A stretch of 64,000 bases of DNA, taken from assembly GCA_963793245.1 (NCBI GenBank), contig CAWBZG010000002.1, forward strand, positions 716,973 to 780,972, read 5' to 3'. This stretch comes from Rhodothermales bacterium. GTDB lineage: Bacteria > Bacteroidota > Rhodothermia > Rhodothermales > BA12. Of this stretch, positions 61,180-64,000 are shown in pieces (positions within the stretch are counted from its first letter, which is position 1; every line of letters starts with the position of its first letter). Made by a program: the position numbers and the translations under genes. The notes under the pieces are model-generated. The model made no database searches. It was not told the origin of the DNA and was given only the letters and a program-made list of their open reading frames with translations.

Positions 61180-61494
61180 TCAGTCCTTCTGATTCTGCCG
61201 AAACGAGGTCACGACGGAGTTGCCGTCGGCTGTGTGCCCGCGAAACGTGATGTGTTCGAAGTTGCCAAATCGCTCTCGCATCACGTGCGTGAAGGTCACA
61301 CCTTGCAACGTGTAGTCGTCGCTCACTAGGTGCATATAGCGCTCCTTTTCGGGCGTCAGGTCAGCGATCACGACCGATCCCACGATGACGTTCGCCGGAG
61401 AGCCGTCTGGCATGGTAGGTGTCGGGTAGGTCGAGGATGTGGAGCTACATGCCGAGAGACAGAGCGCTAAGGTGACGAGAACAGTTTTGAGCAT
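61180..61494 (-). CDS. small lipoprotein, unknown function
   Basis: ATG at 61494 gives MLKTVLVTLALCLSACSS (lipobox). 104 aa. Confidence 0.55.
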   Translation of the reverse strand: MLKTVLVTLALCLSACSSTSSTYPTPTMPDGSPANVIVGSVVIADLTPEKERYMHLVSDDYTLQGVTFTHVMRERFGNFEHITFRGHTADGNSVVTSFRQNQKD

Positions 61495-61648
61495 GGTGTT
61501 CGGCGTTGGCTTGCGACAAGAAATAGACTCATGGTGTGAATAGCAAGTAGTAGGCGCGTTGACACTGTAAGTCCTGCGTCTACTTGCAGGGTTGACCCTC
61601 GTGATCGCCGGCAACATCTGCTGTGTCTCCGAACAGGCAGCATGGGAC

Positions 61649-62260
61649 TCAATCGTCAGAGTCGAAGTCGATTCCATCGAACACATCGGCAAGATCGACT
61701 TTTACGCCCAGTTGCTCGCTTTCAAACGTCACGTCCAGCCCTTTGTATGGGTACGCGATCAGCGCGGGGCCAGAGCAGTCGTAGCGCAGGAGGTAGGGCG
61801 CGTCCGTACTGACGATCCAGTATTCGAGCAAGCTTTCGATTTGCCGATACTCGATCAGCTTCTCGCGCAGGTCCGTCGTCGACGTGGACGGGGAGAGCAC
61901 TTCGACCAGCAAAACGGGATTGCGCAGTGAAGGTGGTTTCTCTCCTGTAAGGTCGGCAGGCGGACAGTGGGCGAGAAGGTCGGGGTAGCGATAGCGACCG
62001 TTCTGCACCGCCAAGCGCATGTCGGCTGTGAAGGAGCGGCAACCCCTTTTGCGAAACTGAGGACTGAGCAGATCGCTCAGATTGTTCTGGACGAGCGCGT
62101 GATCGTACGAGACACCGGACATCGCGATGGGTTGTCGGCCGTCCCATTCGTAGTTCGGTTTTTGTCCGACGTGTGCTGCCTCGTGCGCTAGATAGTCGGC
62201 GAGTGTCCAGTCTGAGAGAGCGGGGAGAGCCATCGGTTTAGGTCGAATCGTGTTCAGCAT
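61649..62260 (-). CDS. Uma2-family (DUF820, restriction-endonuclease-fold) protein
   Basis: From ATG 62260 (or 62233). Contains LSDWTLADYL..., the PD-(D/E)xK-like core YPDLLAH...VLLVEVLSPST and EKLIEYRQIESLLEYWIV. Confidence 0.8.
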   Translation of the reverse strand: MLNTIRPKPMALPALSDWTLADYLAHEAAHVGQKPNYEWDGRQPIAMSGVSYDHALVQNNLSDLLSPQFRKRGCRSFTADMRLAVQNGRYRYPDLLAHCPPADLTGEKPPSLRNPVLLVEVLSPSTSTTDLREKLIEYRQIESLLEYWIVSTDAPYLLRYDCSGPALIAYPYKGLDVTFESEQLGVKVDLADVFDGIDFDSDD

Positions 62261-62396
62261 ACGTCGTCCTGCATGCGATGTATCCCTCGTCTTCGTAGCG
62301 TCTACACCGGCTGTAACTCCGCAGTTACTCTGGTAGAAAGGCTCGGCATCAATCACCGCACGGTGGTTCGTAAAGCTCACCCCAATCGCCCGATCC

Positions 62397-64000
62397 ATGG
62401 AAGCCAGCCGCCCCGCAGACGCTCAGCGCGTCGATCCGTCGTACAACGTCGTCGCCAACAGCCGCGAGAGTTTGGACGCCATTTTTGCGCCCAAAAGCGT
62501 CGCCGTGATCGGAGCGAGTGAGCGTCAGGGGAGCGTGGGGCGCACGATCCTGTGGAATCTGATCTCCAACCCGTTTGGCGGGACGGTGTATCCGATCAAC
62601 CCGAAGCGCGACAACGTGCTGGGTATCCGCGCCTACAAGAGCGTCGGCGAGTTGCCCGAAGCGCCGGATCTGGCGGTCATCGTGACGCCCGCGCCGCTGG
62701 TGCCGGATCTGGTCGCCGAATGCGTGGCGGCGGGCGTCAAGGGATGCATCATCATCTCGGCAGGGTTCAAGGAAATCGGCGAGGAGGGCGCTGCGTTGGA
62801 AGCACGCGTGCTGGCCGAAGCGCGCAAGGGCAACATGCGTATCATCGGCCCCAACTGCCTGGGCGTCATGCGGCCCGGCAACGGACTCAACGCGACGTTC
62901 GCCGGGGCCATGGCGCAGCCGGGATCGGTCGCCTTCATTAGCCAGAGTGGGGCGCTGCTGACGGGCATCCTCGACTGGTCGTTTGGCGAGCACGTCGGTT
63001 TCTCGTCGTTCGTTAGCATTGGGTCGATGCTCGACGTGTCGTGGGGCGATCTGATCTACTACCTCGGCGACGATCCGCGCACCAAGAGCATCGTGCTCTA
63101 TATGGAGTCGATTGGCGATGCGCGTTCGTTCTTGTCGGCGGCGCGCGAGGTGGCACTGCGCAAGCCGATCATCGTCATCAAGGCCGGTCGGACGGCGGAG
63201 GCGGCATCGGCGGCGGCGAGTCACACGGGCACGCTGGCCGGATCCGACGATGTGCTCGACGCAGCGTTTCGCAGAAGCGGCGTGCTCCGCGTCGACTCCA
63301 TCGCCGACCTGTTTTACATGGCCGAAGTCTTGGGCAAGCAGCCGCGTCCCAAAGGTCGTCGCCTGACGATTCTGACCAACGCGGGCGGCCCGGGCGTGCT
63401 CGCGACCGACGCACTCATCCAAGGCGGCGGCGAACTGACGGCGATTTCGGATCAGACGATGGAAGAACTCAACGCGTTCTTGCCGGGCGCGTGGAGCCAC
63501 AACAACCCCGTCGACGTGCTGGGTGACGCCGACCCCGAGCGCTACGCCCACACGCTCAAAGTGGCCGCCGATGATCCCAACTCGGACGGACTGCTCGTCA
63601 TCCTGACGCCCCAGGACATGACCGATCCGACGCAGACAGCCGAGCGATTGAAAGAGTACGCCACGTCGACCGGAAAGCCGGTTCTGGCCTCGTGGATGGG
63701 CGGCGCGACCGTCGCGGCAGGCGAGCGGATTCTCAACGCGGCGGGCATCCCGACGTTCGGTTACCCCGATACGGCGGCGCGCGTGTTCAACTACATGTGG
63801 CAGTACGACTACAACCTGAAGGGCATCTACGAGACGCCCTCGCTGGCCGAGGGGACGGGGGCCGAGGACGATGCGACAACCGTCGACCGCGACGGAGCGA
63901 CCGCGCTTTTGCAAGCCGTCCGTGACGAAGGTCGCGATTTGCTGACCGAGTTCGAGTCCAAAAAGCTGCTCGAAGCCTACGGCATTCCTACCACGCACAC
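62397..64000 (+). CDS. acetate--CoA ligase family protein (ADP-forming; CoA-binding + succinyl-CoA-synthetase-like domains), 3' end beyond right edge
   Basis: Not in the track because it is open to the window end. From ATG 62397 my translation gives [12 protein letters not shown]...[51 protein letters not shown]...[10 protein letters not shown]...SQSGAL...HTGTLAGSD... with no stop through 64000. Confidence 0.85.
   Translation, partial: MEASRPADAQRVDPSYNVVANSRESLDAIFAPKSVAVIGASERQGSVGRTILWNLISNPFGGTVYPINPKRDNVLGIRAYKSVGELPEAPDLAVIVTPAPLVPDLVAECVAAGVKGCIIISAGFKEIGEEGAALEARVLAEARKGNMRIIGPNCLGVMRPGNGLNATFAGAMAQPGSVAFISQSGALLTGILDWSFGEHVGFSSFVSIGSMLDVSWGDLIYYLGDDPRTKSIVLYMESIGDARSFLSAAREVALRKPIIVIKAGRTAEAASAAASHTGTLAGSDDVLDAAFRRSGVLRVDSIADLFYMAEVLGKQPRPKGRRLTILTNAGGPGVLATDALIQGGGELTAISDQTMEELNAFLPGAWSHNNPVDVLGDADPERYAHTLKVAADDPNSDGLLVILTPQDMTDPTQTAERLKEYATSTGKPVLASWMGGATVAAGERILNAAGIPTFGYPDTAARVFNYMWQYDYNLKGIYETPSLAEGTGAEDDATTVDRDGATALLQAVRDEGRDLLTEFESKKLLEAYGIPTTH

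Noticed and set aside
62349-63998. 549-aa ORF on the - strand
   Set aside because: It is antisense to the acetate-CoA ligase family gene, which is open from 62397 to the window edge and has strong CoA-binding and ligase motifs.

Overview
GC-rich chromosomal segment (roughly 60-65% G+C by eye, not computed). Gene content points to a Bacteroidota/Rhodothermota-type bacterium: T9SS C-terminal sorting domains, an STN+CarboxypepD_reg TonB-dependent receptor behind an ECF sigma/FecR pair, BamD, and the conserved neighbourhoods ileS-traR/dksA-lspA, lepA-lepB-lepB, dxr-rseP and parA-parB. I support about 50 protein genes, mostly housekeeping: dxr, rseP, ileS, lspA, lepA, two lepB, dnaG, ppk1, pfkA, hemW, parAB, glgB, a cyclophilin, yjbQ, and a partial ADP-forming acetate-CoA ligase at the right edge. 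I recognised no rRNA, tRNA, CRISPR array, IS element, integrase or phage genes, and no clear multi-gene novel system. Eight points stand out. (1) At least a dozen frame disruptions hit otherwise well-conserved genes, including five within about 700 bp of ileS and one in each of the two tandem lepB copies. Most can be repaired by removing one base from a short run, so consensus error is the leading explanation, but real decay is not excluded. (2) A lone EutN/CcmL-type microcompartment vertex gene sits beside ileS with no shell genes in view. (3) An 82-bp near-identical direct repeat plus a decayed 3' gene fragment bracket a 2.6-kb three-gene segment. (4) Two families of intergenic palindromic (REP-like) elements lie just after stop codons; one has a conserved GTAG head and a variable perfect palindrome. 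(5) A low-GC, truncated Walker-A ATPase remnant is wedged between parB and a cyclophilin gene. (6) A secreted lamin-tail/Calx-beta protein is compositionally mosaic. (7) DnaG has lost three of its four zinc ligands. (8) An RCK potassium channel has a non-canonical filter. Many long ORFs in the track are antisense artefacts of high GC and were rejected.
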